DNA of 64,000 nt, from assembly GCA_963701855.1 (NCBI GenBank), contig CAVPBK010000006.1, positions 800,001 through 864,000 on the forward strand, written 5' to 3'. This DNA comes from Nitrospirota bacterium (GTDB lineage Bacteria; Nitrospirota; Nitrospiria; Nitrospirales; Nitrospiraceae). The notes under the pieces are model-generated. The model saw nothing but the letters and a program-made list of their open reading frames with translations, was not told where the DNA came from and ran no database searches. Position 1 is the first letter of the stretch. Each line of letters begins with the position of its first letter. Below are positions 52,401-61,514 of the stretch, in pieces. A program made the translations under genes and the position numbers.

Positions 52401-55400
52401 TACGCTGATCGGTGGCACCGGGAACGATCGGTATATTGTGAACTCCCTGACCGACGTGGTGAGCGAAGCGCTGAACGCGGGCACCGACACCGTGGTGGCC
52501 TCCCTCACCACCTACACCCTCACTGCGAATGTAGACAATCTGGAGCTGGCGGGGGCGGCGCTCATCGGCATCGGCAACACGCTCAACAACATCATAACCG
52601 GCAATGACGGCGACAATACGCTCTCCGGGCTCGCGGGCAACGACATCCTCATCGGCGGCGCGGGGCAGGACACGATCAACGGGGGTGTGGGCAACGACCG
52701 CATCGTCATGCTGGTGACCGCTGGGAATGTGGACATCGCGGACGGGGGCGCGGGCATCGATACGCTGGCGCTCGTCGGTGCGGTCGACGGGGACGGCGTG
52801 GTGGTGGATTTCTCCTCGGTGACGGACCAGGTGACCCGTATCGGCGCGGTCGAGCATGAGTCGCTGGTGCAGAAGAACTTTGAGAACCTGGATGCGTCGG
52901 GACTAGGACTGGGCAATACAGTAACTGTCACCGGCAGTGCCGGCGCCAACCTCCTCATCGGCTCGAATGGCGCCGACAGTATCAATGGTGGCGTTGGCAA
53001 CGACATCCTCACCGGCGGGGCCGGCAGCGATATGCTGAATGGCGGAGATGGCAACGATATTGTTATCTGGGATTCAGCTGACACCAGCGTGAGAGGAGGC
53101 GCAGGCACCGATACGCTGCGGATCGACGGCGCAGGTGTGCACGTTAACTTGACGGTAGTTCCGGACGGGGTCATCACGGACATCGAGGTGATCAACCTCA
53201 CCGGCAGCGGCAACAACATTCTCACGCTCGCTTCTGCCGATGTGCTGGCGATTTCTACCACGACCGACACCTTGCGGGTGGACGGCAACAGCGGGGACGT
53301 AGTGAGCGCAGTGCCGGGCTGGGTACGAACCCAAAACATTGTCATCGGCGCACAGACTTATGCCCAGTACACCAACGACGGTGCGCTGCTCCAGGTGGAT
53401 ACCGATATCAACAGTTCCGGAATCGGTGCGATCAGTCTATCGTCGCTTACTGGCGCCAATGGTTTCAAGCTCTTAGGCGCAGGTGCAGGTGACCATTCCG
53501 GCATTTCGGTGAGTTGCGCAGGCGATGTGAACGGCGACGGGTTTGCCGATCTGATCGTCGGGGCATCGGACGCAGCTCCGCACGGCCTCTCTTCCGGGGC
53601 AAGCTACGTGGTGTTTGGCAAAGCAAGCGGCTTTGCCGCGAATATCAATCTCTCGAGCCTCAACGGCACGGACGGTTTCATGTTGTCAGGGATAGCGGCG
53701 AACGACCAATCCGGCATTTCGGTGAGTAGCGCAGGCGATGTGAATGGCGATGGCTTTTCCGATCTGATAATCGGAGCGCCCGGCGCTACCATTGGACAGG
53801 GCGCGAGCTATGTCGTATTCGGCGAAGCGGGTGGCTTTGGCTCGACCATCGACCTGTCCTCTCTGGACGGAATCACCGGCTTCAAGTTGTCAGGGACAGC
53901 GGCGAACGAACAATCTGGCTTCTCGGTGAGCGGCGCAGGCGATGTGAATGGCGATGGATTCGACGACATTGTCATCGGATCGCCCAGCTTCAATAACGCG
54001 AGTTGGGTGGTCTTCGGCAAGGTGAGTGGCTTTCCCACAGCTATTGCCGTATCCGCTCTGAACGGGGTGGGTGGTTTTGGGCTTGGTGAAAACTTTGCGA
54101 CACAATTTGGCCACAGCGTGTCAAGCGCAGGTGACTTCAACGGCGACGGCCTTGACGATGTGATCATTGGTGCGCCCCTTGCTGACGTACCTGTCTTTTC
54201 GGGAGGCTTCCATCCCGACAACGGAGCCGGCTACTTGTGGTTCGGCAAGAGTGGCGGATTTACCATGAACAGTACGAGTCCGTTGAAAGGCACTCTGGAC
54301 AACGATCATCTCGGCTTTTCTGTCAGCGGCGTGGGCGATGTGAATGGTGACGGTTTTGACGACGTGATCCTCGGAGCCATCGGTGCCGATACCAATGGCC
54401 CCGATTCGGGAGCGAGCTACGTTGTCTTCGGTTTCCAGGGGTTAGTGACGCCCGATTTCGAACTCTCGTCACTGAATGGTACCAATGGTTTTAGGATCTT
54501 GGGTGCAGCGGGGGGTGACCAATCCGGTTTCTCAGTGAGCGGCGCTGGAGATGTGAACGGCGACGGGTTTGACGATCTGATCATTGGAGCGCCTGATGCC
54601 GACCCGCACGGCCTCTCTTCCGGGGCAATCTATGTGATATTTGGAAAGCCGGCCGGTTTTTCCGCCAATCTCGATCTTTCCACACTGTCTGACGCTGATG
54701 GATTCAAAATCTCAGGCGCAGCAGTGGGGGACAATTCCGGCTCTTCGGTGAGCAGCGCGGGGGATGTGAACGGCGACGGGTTTGACGATCTCATCGTCGG
54801 GGCACCCTCTGGCGACCCGAACGGCAGCGGTTCCGGGGCGAGCTATGTGGTATTCGGCGCGGACTTCCGCGGCGATATCAACATTGCCGGTACAGCTGGC
54901 GATGACATCCTGACAGGCACGGACGGAGCAGACATCGTATTCGGCGGGCTCGGCAATGACACATTGGACGGCGGCGCGGCCGCTGACTTTCTGAACGGCA
55001 ACGCGGGCGATGACATCTTGATATTTGATGGCCTGGATCGGCGCATTGACGGCGGCAGCGGGACAGACACTTTGTTGTTCAACGGCTCAGGACAAACACT
55101 CGATCTGACCAGTCTCGCTAACAGCAAGATTAACGGTATTGAAACAATCAACCTGACCGGCAGCGGTGATAACGCGTTGATCCTCACCGGCCAGGACTTG
55201 CACGATCTGTCGGACACCAGTAACGCGCTGCGTGTGGATGGTAATCCTGGTGACACCGTGAACGCGGGGTTCGGGTGGGGTTTTGGCAGCAATGTCACCA
55301 TCGGAAATCAGGCCTATGTCCAGTACACCCAGGGAAACGCCGTATTGCGAGTTGACAGCGATATTGCGCTTACGATTGGGAATGCTGTAATTCTCTCGGC

Positions 55401-57381
55401 TTTGAGCGGAACGGATGGTTTCAAGCTCAACGATGCTGTGCTAATCGATTCCTCTGGCCGTTCGGTGAGTGGCGCGGGCGATGTGAACGGTGACGGATTT
55501 GACGACCTTATTGTCGGGGTGAGCGTTGCGAGTCCGAATGGCGACTTGTCGGGACAGAGCTATGTAGTCTTTGGCAACGGCAGTAGCTTTGTGCCGCAAA
55601 TCAATCTCCCGAGCCTCGATGGTACCAACGGTTTTCAACTCTCCGGCGAAGCGGCTGATGACCGCTGTGGCGGCGACGTAAGCTCAGCGGGGGATATTAA
55701 CGGCGACGGCTTTGACGATCTCATCGTCGGGGCAAGTCTCGCCGATTCGAGTGGCAGCAATTCCGGGGCAAGCTACGTGGTGTTTGGCCACGCAGGCGGC
55801 TTTGCGGCGAACCTCGAGCTCTCGAGCCTCAACGGCACGAACGGTTTCAAGCTTTCCGGCGCGGCGGCGGGCGATCGCCTTGGCACAGTCAGCGAGGCGG
55901 GCGATGTCAACGGGGACGGGTTTGACGATCTTATCGTCGGGGCACCCTCTACCTCCCCGAACGGTAGCGCTTCGGGTGCAAGCTATGTGGTATTCGGCAA
56001 GAGCGGTGGCTTTGCATCGAATATCAATCTCTCGAGCCTCGATGGTACCAACGGCTTCAAGCTCTCCGGTATCGCGACGGAGGACATTTCCGGTGCTTCG
56101 GTGAGTGGCGCAGGCGATATGAACGGAGACGGATTCGGCGATATCATCATCGGCGCGCCTGGCGCGGATCTGAACAATCCCGGTCCGGGTTACTTTACCT
56201 TGAGCGGGCAGAGTTATGTGGTGTTCGGCAAAGCCGGAGGGTTTGATGCCAATGTTAACCTTTCTGACTTGAACGGCACCAACGGCTTCAAGTTGAACGG
56301 AGCAAACGGCGACGAATCCGGAAGCTCCGTGAGCGCAGCAGGGGATGTCAACGGCGACGGGTTTACCGATGTCATTATCGGCACAACCCCGGTCGGGACT
56401 AGTGTGGCGGCGAGCTACGTGGTGTTCGGCAAAGGCGCGGGCTTTGCGGAGGACATCGAACTCTCGCTCTTGGATGGTACTGACGGCTTCAAATTGATCG
56501 GTGGGAATGAACTTTCATCCCATTCGGTGAGCAGCGCTGGTGATGTGAACGGCGACGGGTTCGACGATCTCGTCGTTGGTGCATCTCGTGCCGACGCGAG
56601 CGGGATCGACTCCGGTCAGAGCTATGTGGTCTACGGCAAGAGCGGTGGGTTTGGTGCGACTCTCGTCCTGTCGCAGATAACCGAGTCAGATGGCTTTGTG
56701 ATCAACAATACGGCTTTCGGGATCGGCGATGGTTTTGAACTTAACTATTCCGGAAGTTCAGTGAGCGGCTCGGGGGACGTGAATGGTGATGGCTTTGACG
56801 ATCTCCTCGTCAGCGCGCAAGGCGCCAGCTTCGAAATGTTTGGGGGCAACTTTACCAGGTCGGTGGACTTCCTCGGTACGAGCGGCAACGATATCCTTAT
56901 CGGCAATGGTAGCGCCAACATCCTCATCGGCGGCCTGGGCAACGATACCCTTGACGGCGGCGCGGGCGATGACAGGCTAGCGGGCGGGCTCGGCAACGAC
57001 ACCTTCTTCTTCGGTCTCGGCGATGGACAAGATCTAGTGCGGGACAACAGCGGCTCTGCCGACAAGATATCGTTCGACGGGGGCATCAATCCGCTAAATC
57101 TCGTCATCAGTCGGCAAGCCAATGATCTGCGGATTGCAATTCATGGCACATCTGACCAGATCACCGTGCAGAACTGGTACACAAGTTCAGTTAACCGGAC
57201 GGAGACGATCCAAGCAGGCAATGGCGAAGTGTTGCTCAGCACGCAGGTGGATCAGCTCATTCAAGCGATGGCCCAATTCACGACAGATACCGGCCTGAGC
57301 TGGGAGGGTGCTATCGAGAGCGGTGGGACCCCACAACAACAAACGCAGTTCCAGGGCATCCTGGCCGCGAGCTGGCAGTAA
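49471..57381 (+). CDS. Giant RTX Ca-binding protein with two 7-blade FG-GAP (integrin-alpha-like) propellers; probable T1SS-secreted adhesin
   Basis: Many GGxGxDxL nonapeptides, 14 GDVNGDGFxDLIxGA repeats in two sets of 7, C-terminal QVDQLIQAMAQF...ILAASWQ, no Sec signal. Confidence 0.9.
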   Translation: MAQITGSSTIDWSGILLGQVNIETDIAKFATRVDQIVTELVNFQVTPVFVSSTTFVGDLSTGGRLTLTGSGFGDVLNSFDFKNPPDGTGEVIRFTGTLDGIGKDVLTSATIGSTGFSETIKGNITISPNWPFDSANYTGTLTSLVVKIGGATEILSGNFHLTGDLLSASLTGTVAGILVGSGANTIKMTGLSMSLDVLQAALGSPELDSVDDLFAFLNNHLPGNDTITYANNSSVGMTFYGGGGNDTMTISGPNADTLNGGVGNDTLNGGAGNDTLLGGDGNDVFLIRSATDHGVGEVIDGGAGSDVIRFTSTNGGQILTLATGVTTVESVVISTAAGVTTGTTALNVDASAVGNGLSLTGNAGANRLTGTSTNDTMNGGAGNDTLIGGAGEDTVTGGTGNDRIVMLVTGGNVDVADGVAGNDTLALVGAIDGDGVVVVDLSSLTDQVTHIGTVDPEKLVQKNFENLDASGLGSSVHATGSADANIIIGSDDTDSINGGAGNDTLNGGAGDDTLLGGDGNDVFLIGNAADHGGGEVIDGGTGADVIRFTSITDGDGLVLRAQITGVESVVIGNAAGLTTDTTRLDVNAISVGYGLSLTGNAGDNQLVGTDFNDVLNGGGGDDSLNGGLGTNTLIGGTGNDLLDGSGGTNTLIGGAGNDQYVIDSSTDVVIEALNAGTDLVISFIETCTLGLNVENLILVGNNTQNGTGNALNNIIYGNVSSNQLSGLAGNDTLTGDWGEDIVDGGAGNDRIVMLVTAGDVDTADGGTGTDTLVLGGAVGGNGIVVVNLVAGAGDQVTFSDDTLVQNNFENLDASYLSLGGSVTVTGSAGANSLIGSRGTDTINGGGGNDTLDGGAGDDTLNGGNGNDVILIGNAADHGGGEVINGGTGTDVIRFTSTTDGEGLVLRAQVTGVESVVIANAAGLTTGTTALNVDASALSSGLSLTGNAGDNVLTGTGGNNILNGGAGNDTLNGGGGINTLIGGTGNDRYIVNSLTDVVSEALNAGTDTVVASLTTYTLTANVDNLELAGAALIGIGNTLNNIITGNDGDNTLSGLAGNDILIGGAGQDTINGGVGNDRIVMLVTAGNVDIADGGAGIDTLALVGAVDGDGVVVDFSSVTDQVTRIGAVEHESLVQKNFENLDASGLGLGNTVTVTGSAGANLLIGSNGADSINGGVGNDILTGGAGSDMLNGGDGNDIVIWDSADTSVRGGAGTDTLRIDGAGVHVNLTVVPDGVITDIEVINLTGSGNNILTLASADVLAISTTTDTLRVDGNSGDVVSAVPGWVRTQNIVIGAQTYAQYTNDGALLQVDTDINSSGIGAISLSSLTGANGFKLLGAGAGDHSGISVSCAGDVNGDGFADLIVGASDAAPHGLSSGASYVVFGKASGFAANINLSSLNGTDGFMLSGIAANDQSGISVSSAGDVNGDGFSDLIIGAPGATIGQGASYVVFGEAGGFGSTIDLSSLDGITGFKLSGTAANEQSGFSVSGAGDVNGDGFDDIVIGSPSFNNASWVVFGKVSGFPTAIAVSALNGVGGFGLGENFATQFGHSVSSAGDFNGDGLDDVIIGAPLADVPVFSGGFHPDNGAGYLWFGKSGGFTMNSTSPLKGTLDNDHLGFSVSGVGDVNGDGFDDVILGAIGADTNGPDSGASYVVFGFQGLVTPDFELSSLNGTNGFRILGAAGGDQSGFSVSGAGDVNGDGFDDLIIGAPDADPHGLSSGAIYVIFGKPAGFSANLDLSTLSDADGFKISGAAVGDNSGSSVSSAGDVNGDGFDDLIVGAPSGDPNGSGSGASYVVFGADFRGDINIAGTAGDDILTGTDGADIVFGGLGNDTLDGGAAADFLNGNAGDDILIFDGLDRRIDGGSGTDTLLFNGSGQTLDLTSLANSKINGIETINLTGSGDNALILTGQDLHDLSDTSNALRVDGNPGDTVNAGFGWGFGSNVTIGNQAYVQYTQGNAVLRVDSDIALTIGNAVILSALSGTDGFKLNDAVLIDSSGRSVSGAGDVNGDGFDDLIVGVSVASPNGDLSGQSYVVFGNGSSFVPQINLPSLDGTNGFQLSGEAADDRCGGDVSSAGDINGDGFDDLIVGASLADSSGSNSGASYVVFGHAGGFAANLELSSLNGTNGFKLSGAAAGDRLGTVSEAGDVNGDGFDDLIVGAPSTSPNGSASGASYVVFGKSGGFASNINLSSLDGTNGFKLSGIATEDISGASVSGAGDMNGDGFGDIIIGAPGADLNNPGPGYFTLSGQSYVVFGKAGGFDANVNLSDLNGTNGFKLNGANGDESGSSVSAAGDVNGDGFTDVIIGTTPVGTSVAASYVVFGKGAGFAEDIELSLLDGTDGFKLIGGNELSSHSVSSAGDVNGDGFDDLVVGASRADASGIDSGQSYVVYGKSGGFGATLVLSQITESDGFVINNTAFGIGDGFELNYSGSSVSGSGDVNGDGFDDLLVSAQGASFEMFGGNFTRSVDFLGTSGNDILIGNGSANILIGGLGNDTLDGGAGDDRLAGGLGNDTFFFGLGDGQDLVRDNSGSADKISFDGGINPLNLVISRQANDLRIAIHGTSDQITVQNWYTSSVNRTETIQAGNGEVLLSTQVDQLIQAMAQFTTDTGLSWEGAIESGGTPQQQTQFQGILAASWQ

Positions 57382-57408
57382 CATCGGGCTTCGCGGAGAA
57401 GTCCGATG
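57382..57408 (+). terminator. Stem-loop after the RTX gene
   Basis: CATCGGGCTTC-5 nt-GAAGTCCGATG between convergent genes. Confidence 0.5.
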
Positions 57409-57480
57409 CGTATACAGAGGGACGCCCCTCTGGCTTGCTCATACATGAATCCCCCTCGTCACCACGGGCGGTGAGCGGTC

Positions 57481-58512
57481 TTATCGGATCGTCATCGTCT
57501 GCTGGACGGAACCTTGAAGAGCCTGTTCCTGACTCTCTCGCACCAGCGTGATCTCGCCCCGATAGGTACCTGGAGTCCACAGATCGGCGTTCCGACGTGC
57601 TCCCGCAAAGGCGAAATGCCGGGCCTGGGTCTTGGCGATGGCCGTCACGTGATCCAGCACCACGACCCCATCCGGTCCCGTGAGGTGGAAGCGCAGACGA
57701 TCACCCGCTTCCACGCCTAGGATATCCACCCAGAGCACCAAGGCCGCTGACGTCGCGCTGGGGGGCGGATCTTCGATCTTCCCCGCGCGAATGGCGTCGA
57801 TCTGTGGAGAGCTTCCGGCGACACCCGCATGATAGAGGGCGAAGGGTTCATACGAAACAGGCTGATCTGTGTGCCACATCGACGTGCCGCCGCGTCCGCA
57901 TCCGGCGATGCTGGATTGGCCCGTGAACGGATCGATCACCTGGCCCTGATGCCGCACCGTCACATGTACGTGGGGGAACTCGGTCTGGCCTGAAAGCCCG
58001 ACCAGCCCCAGCTCCTGACCGTGTGCCACACGCTCGCCTCTCTTCACACGCACCGTCCCACGGCGCACATGGCAATACTGCGTCTGCCAGCCCTGCTCAT
58101 GATCGAGCACCACGCCATTCCCGCATTCTCGGCCGGCAATCCGCTCGCGTGACAGCGCATCGGTCAGGGCCACATCAGCCATGCCGTCCCGTACGCTCCG
58201 GACCACACCCGGCGCACTAGCCCGCACAGGCACCCCTGCCGCCATCACCGACAGATCCCGAATGGCAAAGTCCGTCCCATCGTGTCCCTGATAGGTCCGA
58301 GCATGGCAACGGAAATCGTGCGCGGTTGTCGCGGGATCGACATCCACATAGTTCGCCACCCAGCAGGTCTCGCCCAGTCGGCACTCAAGCGGCAGCCCAA
58401 GTTCGAAAGGATCAAGAGACGGAAGACGGTGAGCGAGATCCGTGGCGCTCGCGAGCGAGACCACAAGCACAGACAGGATCACAAGCATGAGGCGCAAAAG
58501 GGGAAGAGCCAT
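57481..58512 (-). CDS. M23-family metallopeptidase
   Basis: Signal peptide, HDGTD (HxxxD), YCH, PHVH (HxH). Confidence 0.88.
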   Translation of the reverse strand: MALPLLRLMLVILSVLVVSLASATDLAHRLPSLDPFELGLPLECRLGETCWVANYVDVDPATTAHDFRCHARTYQGHDGTDFAIRDLSVMAAGVPVRASAPGVVRSVRDGMADVALTDALSRERIAGRECGNGVVLDHEQGWQTQYCHVRRGTVRVKRGERVAHGQELGLVGLSGQTEFPHVHVTVRHQGQVIDPFTGQSSIAGCGRGGTSMWHTDQPVSYEPFALYHAGVAGSSPQIDAIRAGKIEDPPPSATSAALVLWVDILGVEAGDRLRFHLTGPDGVVVLDHVTAIAKTQARHFAFAGARRNADLWTPGTYRGEITLVRESQEQALQGSVQQTMTIR

Positions 58513-58764
58513 AGCCGTGAGCGTCAGTATAGACGACAGAATCGACCCTGTCTCAAGATTCGTGCAAGGGCATTGCAGGCCAGTGGAATGATGGCCGGAG
58601 ACTCTGGCTGGACAGGCGACCGGATTTGGGCAGAACGGCGGCTAAGGTAGGCGGCGGTATAACAGAGCCATCACCGACCCCCAAGCCGCATCTCGCGCAA
58701 CACTCCCCGCAATAAACACGCGGAGCCCTGCGCCAGACATGCACGTCCAAGGACCATAAATCCC

Positions 58765-59035
58765 TCACGCAGCTATGATGCGTTGAACGGTGCAATTGCC
58801 TATGCCCAGTTTTCGCGCTATCGCTCGCATACCTCGACCTTGCTTCCGTAAGGCCACCACCTGAGCCTCCACAGCAGCACTTACGCGAGGCCTCCCCAAG
58901 ATCTTGCTCTCTGCCCTGGCGTGCTTCAGACCAACCTTGACGCGCTCCACAATCATGCTGCGCTCAAACTCTGCGAAGACCCCCGGCATTTGAAAGAGCA
59001 ACTTTCCCGCTGGGGTAGTGGTGTCGATGCCCCTT
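58765..59035 (-). pseudogene. Serine recombinase (resolvase/invertase) C-terminal fragment
   Basis: GIDTTTPAGKLLFQM.GVFAEFER...GRPR plus HTH; the catalytic N-terminus is missing. Confidence 0.8.
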
Positions 59036-59058
59036 TGTAGCCTCTCCGAAGCCAGGAG

Positions 59059-59270
59059 CATGAGCAGTATCAGGAGCAGTAAAGCAGAAGCAGAAAAAGG
59101 AGAAGGGCCTGTGTCTCCGACGGTCGATGACGGGTTTGAGAAATTTTTGCGATGCTACCCTCGGAGGGACAAAAAACAGGAGGCATGGAAGGCCTGGAAC
59201 CAGCTCTATCCAAACGAGCTACTCGTCCAGACGATTCTTGAGGCCATCGAACGCCAGAATCTCCAACACG
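59059..59270 (+). pseudogene. Fragment resembling a phage/MGE replication-protein C-terminus
   Basis: FEKFLRCYPRRDKKQEAWKAWNQL matches the FxxFWxxYPxKxxKxxAxKAW pattern; truncated. Confidence 0.5.
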
Positions 59271-59711
59271 TACCGGCTCAAAGTCCTGCTATGTCTGTTT
59301 TTATTGGCCGCTTGCGTGGAAATTCCAACAAGGAGGCAAATTGGTCCGGAGAATTATCCGAGGGAAGATAACACAGCCGGATCATGTGTCTGAGACGGAT
59401 AACGTTGAGCTGACTATGACAGGTGTCGATAAGGTCATTTTCCCTGAAAATGAATATCGAATATTCGAACGCTACGGACATGACTTCATGTATTCAGACA
59501 ATGCAGAAAATGCTGCGTTGATTGGTATCGGAGGCTCCTCTAAAGCCTTTCTGGTTTGGAAAGTATATGCCGACGACATGCCGCCTCAGACTGGGAGTAT
59601 CGGGATCCCTGATATTCCAGATCTATCCTAGCTAAGTATCAATTCGCACCGAATAAAGAAACCCGTTAGGCACTATTTAGGCACTGGAGGTTTTCAGGCA
59701 TGCATAAGTGA

Positions 59712-59742
59712 TGGTGGTCCCAACGGGATTTGAACCCGTGTC
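59712..59742 (-). mobile_element. att site: duplicated 3' end of a tRNA (Glu-like)
   Basis: Minus strand GACACGGGTTCAAATCCCGTTGGGACCACCA gives T-arm, acceptor 3' strand and CCA only; no anticodon or D arm. Confidence 0.8.
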
Positions 59743-59861
59743 TTAACACGACTACGACTTCGCCCTTATTCTTCAGAGGCTTCGAACATTTTATTCAAGT
59801 CAGAAAGGGGTACGACTAAAACAAGAGAGTGTCAGGTCGCATCAAAGATCCCCACGTTGCC

Positions 59862-59945
59862 GCCTAACGTCGTGCGGTGCGGCCGGCCGCAACGGTTGAG
59901 ATGGTGCAACGCTGGCGGCCGGTCCGCACCAGCTACAGGTTAGGT
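59862..59945 (-). other. Integron attC site (cassette 3)
   Basis: Minus strand ACCTAAC...GTTAGGC with an internal imperfect palindrome (GGTGCGG(A)CCGGCCGC arms), 84 bp. Confidence 0.88.
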
Positions 59946-59950
59946 GCACG

Positions 59951-60451
59951 TCAGTGAAATTGCTGAACAAGCCACCACCCTGCGTGACAGTAGAAGTATG
60001 CGCCGGCCCCATCGTATTCACTTCGAAGAATTGGGCCACTGGTAAAGCTGCTCGCCGGGCCACGTTCGCGAACATTGTCGCGGTAGAAGAACTCACTTAG
60101 CTTCATTCGCTCATCGCGGATAACGGTTAGTCCTCCGGGGTAGTTTTGCCATGAGATTGTGCCCGGGCACTTGTTTGACTGTCCTACGATCACCAGAAGG
60201 TACTTCTCGGGTGCCTTTGGCCTCGTACACCAGAATACAGCACTCTCGTCTCGAGCGCCGGGTAGATAGTCAAGCACGTAAGGCGGGTCAAGCAAACCTG
60301 GACGTTTGAAGAAATCCGTGATTTCGCTGCACCCATGTGTGGTCGCAGCCTCGATCAGCGGTTCCGGTAAGGTCTGCCCATGCGCCACGGTAGCTCCACT
60401 GATCATCGCCAAACTAAGGAGGCCAGCGAGAAAACGTGGGCGCCAAGTCAT
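59951..60451 (-). CDS. Cassette 3 gene: exported hypothetical protein
   Basis: Signal peptide (...ATVAHG-Q); fills the space between two attC sites. Confidence 0.75.
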   Translation of the reverse strand: MTWRPRFLAGLLSLAMISGATVAHGQTLPEPLIEAATTHGCSEITDFFKRPGLLDPPYVLDYLPGARDESAVFWCTRPKAPEKYLLVIVGQSNKCPGTISWQNYPGGLTVIRDERMKLSEFFYRDNVRERGPASSFTSGPILRSEYDGAGAYFYCHAGWWLVQQFH

Positions 60452-60457
60452 ACGTGC

Positions 60458-60527
60458 ACCTAACGTTTGAAATTACCGGCGCTGCGCGGCTTTATCGCGC
60501 AGCGTCCGGTGGAATGAGGGGTTGGCC
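60458..60527 (-). other. Integron attC site (cassette 2)
   Basis: Minus strand GGCCAAC...GTTAGGT with ACCGG(A)CGCTGCGCG arms, 70 bp. Confidence 0.88.
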
Positions 60528-60547
60528 CTCGCGGCGTACGTAATAGC

Positions 60548-61072
60548 TCACTTCGTGACTTTCAGCCGGGCCACGATAGAAAGTGCTCGCCCAGACACTT
60601 TGTCTTTTACGTTCGCGGTAATCTTGTAGTCACCAACAGGATCAGATTTATCAAAACCTACGGTCAGGCTAGCCAGGCCCAGCTGCAAATGCCGTTGCTG
60701 CATAGGCTTTCCAGACCAGACTGGGCCACCGCCCGCCGGTGTTTTGCTCCCGTCTGGGCCTTCGAGAATGAACTCGGAAACTACGTCGCAGACGCCCCCG
60801 TCATTCGGCGAGCAACCATGAAAAATGAGAAGTGCAGAGACCGACCCGCCGAGACGCACGGTATTGGCAGCACTCAGTTTCGGTGGAGTCTCGGACGAGT
60901 TCCATGTCTGGCGAAACTGACCTTCGTCCGCAGTAAGAACTATGTGAGCACCGAAGTCTCCAGCACTGCGCATGCTCTCAGTATCGGGGAGCAGTTTTCC
61001 AGTTGGATCAATCCATGCGCTCTGAGCAACAAACGGAAGAAGTGCGACGAGCAACGTCAAACACTATTTCAT
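60548..61072 (-). pseudogene. Cassette 2 gene: exported hypothetical protein with an amber stop at codon 3
   Basis: GGAG RBS then ATG AAA TAG TGT TTG...; the rest of the frame is open, with a signal peptide (ORF track starts at TTG 61060). Confidence 0.65.
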
Positions 61073-61093
61073 AAGAGAAACTCCAATAGTGAG

Positions 61094-61159
61094 GGCCAAC
61101 GTAAAGTTGAGGGGCGAAGCCACGCAGTGGCGAAGTCCCTCTCGAACGACAGGTTAGAC
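61094..61159 (-). other. Integron attC site (cassette 1)
   Basis: Minus strand GTCTAAC...GTTGGCC with imperfect palindromic arms, 66 bp. Confidence 0.88.
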
Positions 61160-61166
61160 TTATAAC

Positions 61167-61493
61167 TCATAACTCATAACTGATACTAACCTGTTTATTA
61201 GTGATTGTGCTCGATACTACCCCTTGCGATGTAACGTAGAGTTTTTCGCTTTCTAGCTTGCGGCCATCTGCGAACGTTGCCACGATCCAAAGCTGTTTAT
61301 CTCCACCCGAAATATTGAGGCGAACGGATTTATTAGTTGGAATAGTGGCGGTATGTGATTCGCCCACATCAGTATGAGTTTCCACCGATACTGATTCAGA
61401 GCTGGTATTAGCGATTACCGCAACAGGTGACGAGCAAGCACACAGACAGAACGAAAGAGCGATAGCGAGTATGTGAGCAAGAATTCGTTTCAT
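61167..61493 (-). CDS. Cassette 1 gene: hypothetical lipoprotein
   Basis: MKRILAHILAIALSFCLCAC lipobox; lower GC than the host genes. Confidence 0.75.
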   Translation of the reverse strand: MKRILAHILAIALSFCLCACSSPVAVIANTSSESVSVETHTDVGESHTATIPTNKSVRLNISGGDKQLWIVATFADGRKLESEKLYVTSQGVVSSTITNKQVSISYEL

Positions 61494-61495
61494 AT

Positions 61496-61514
61496 GGCTA
61501 ACTATGTATTATCT
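61496..61514 (-). other. attI-like recombination site
   Basis: Minus strand AGATAAT-ACATA-GTTAGCC versus attI1 CCCTAAA-ACAAA-GTTRRRY; sits at the start of the first cassette and is not part of an attC palindrome. Confidence 0.65.

Noticed and set aside
49572..57122. Minus-strand Ser/Pro-rich ORFs
   Set aside because: Antisense shadows of the RTX/FG-GAP gene.
59341..59631. Stand-alone hypothetical gene
   Set aside because: No good start or RBS; probably a 3' fragment within the decayed element.
59712..59790. Complete tRNA gene
   Set aside because: Only the T-arm and acceptor 3' strand are present; the adjacent sequence cannot form anticodon or D arms.
59862..61159. CRISPR-like repeats
   Set aside because: The palindromes differ in sequence, are gene-spaced and have RYYYAAC/GTTRRRY-type ends, so they are attC sites. 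No CRISPR array was seen in the window.
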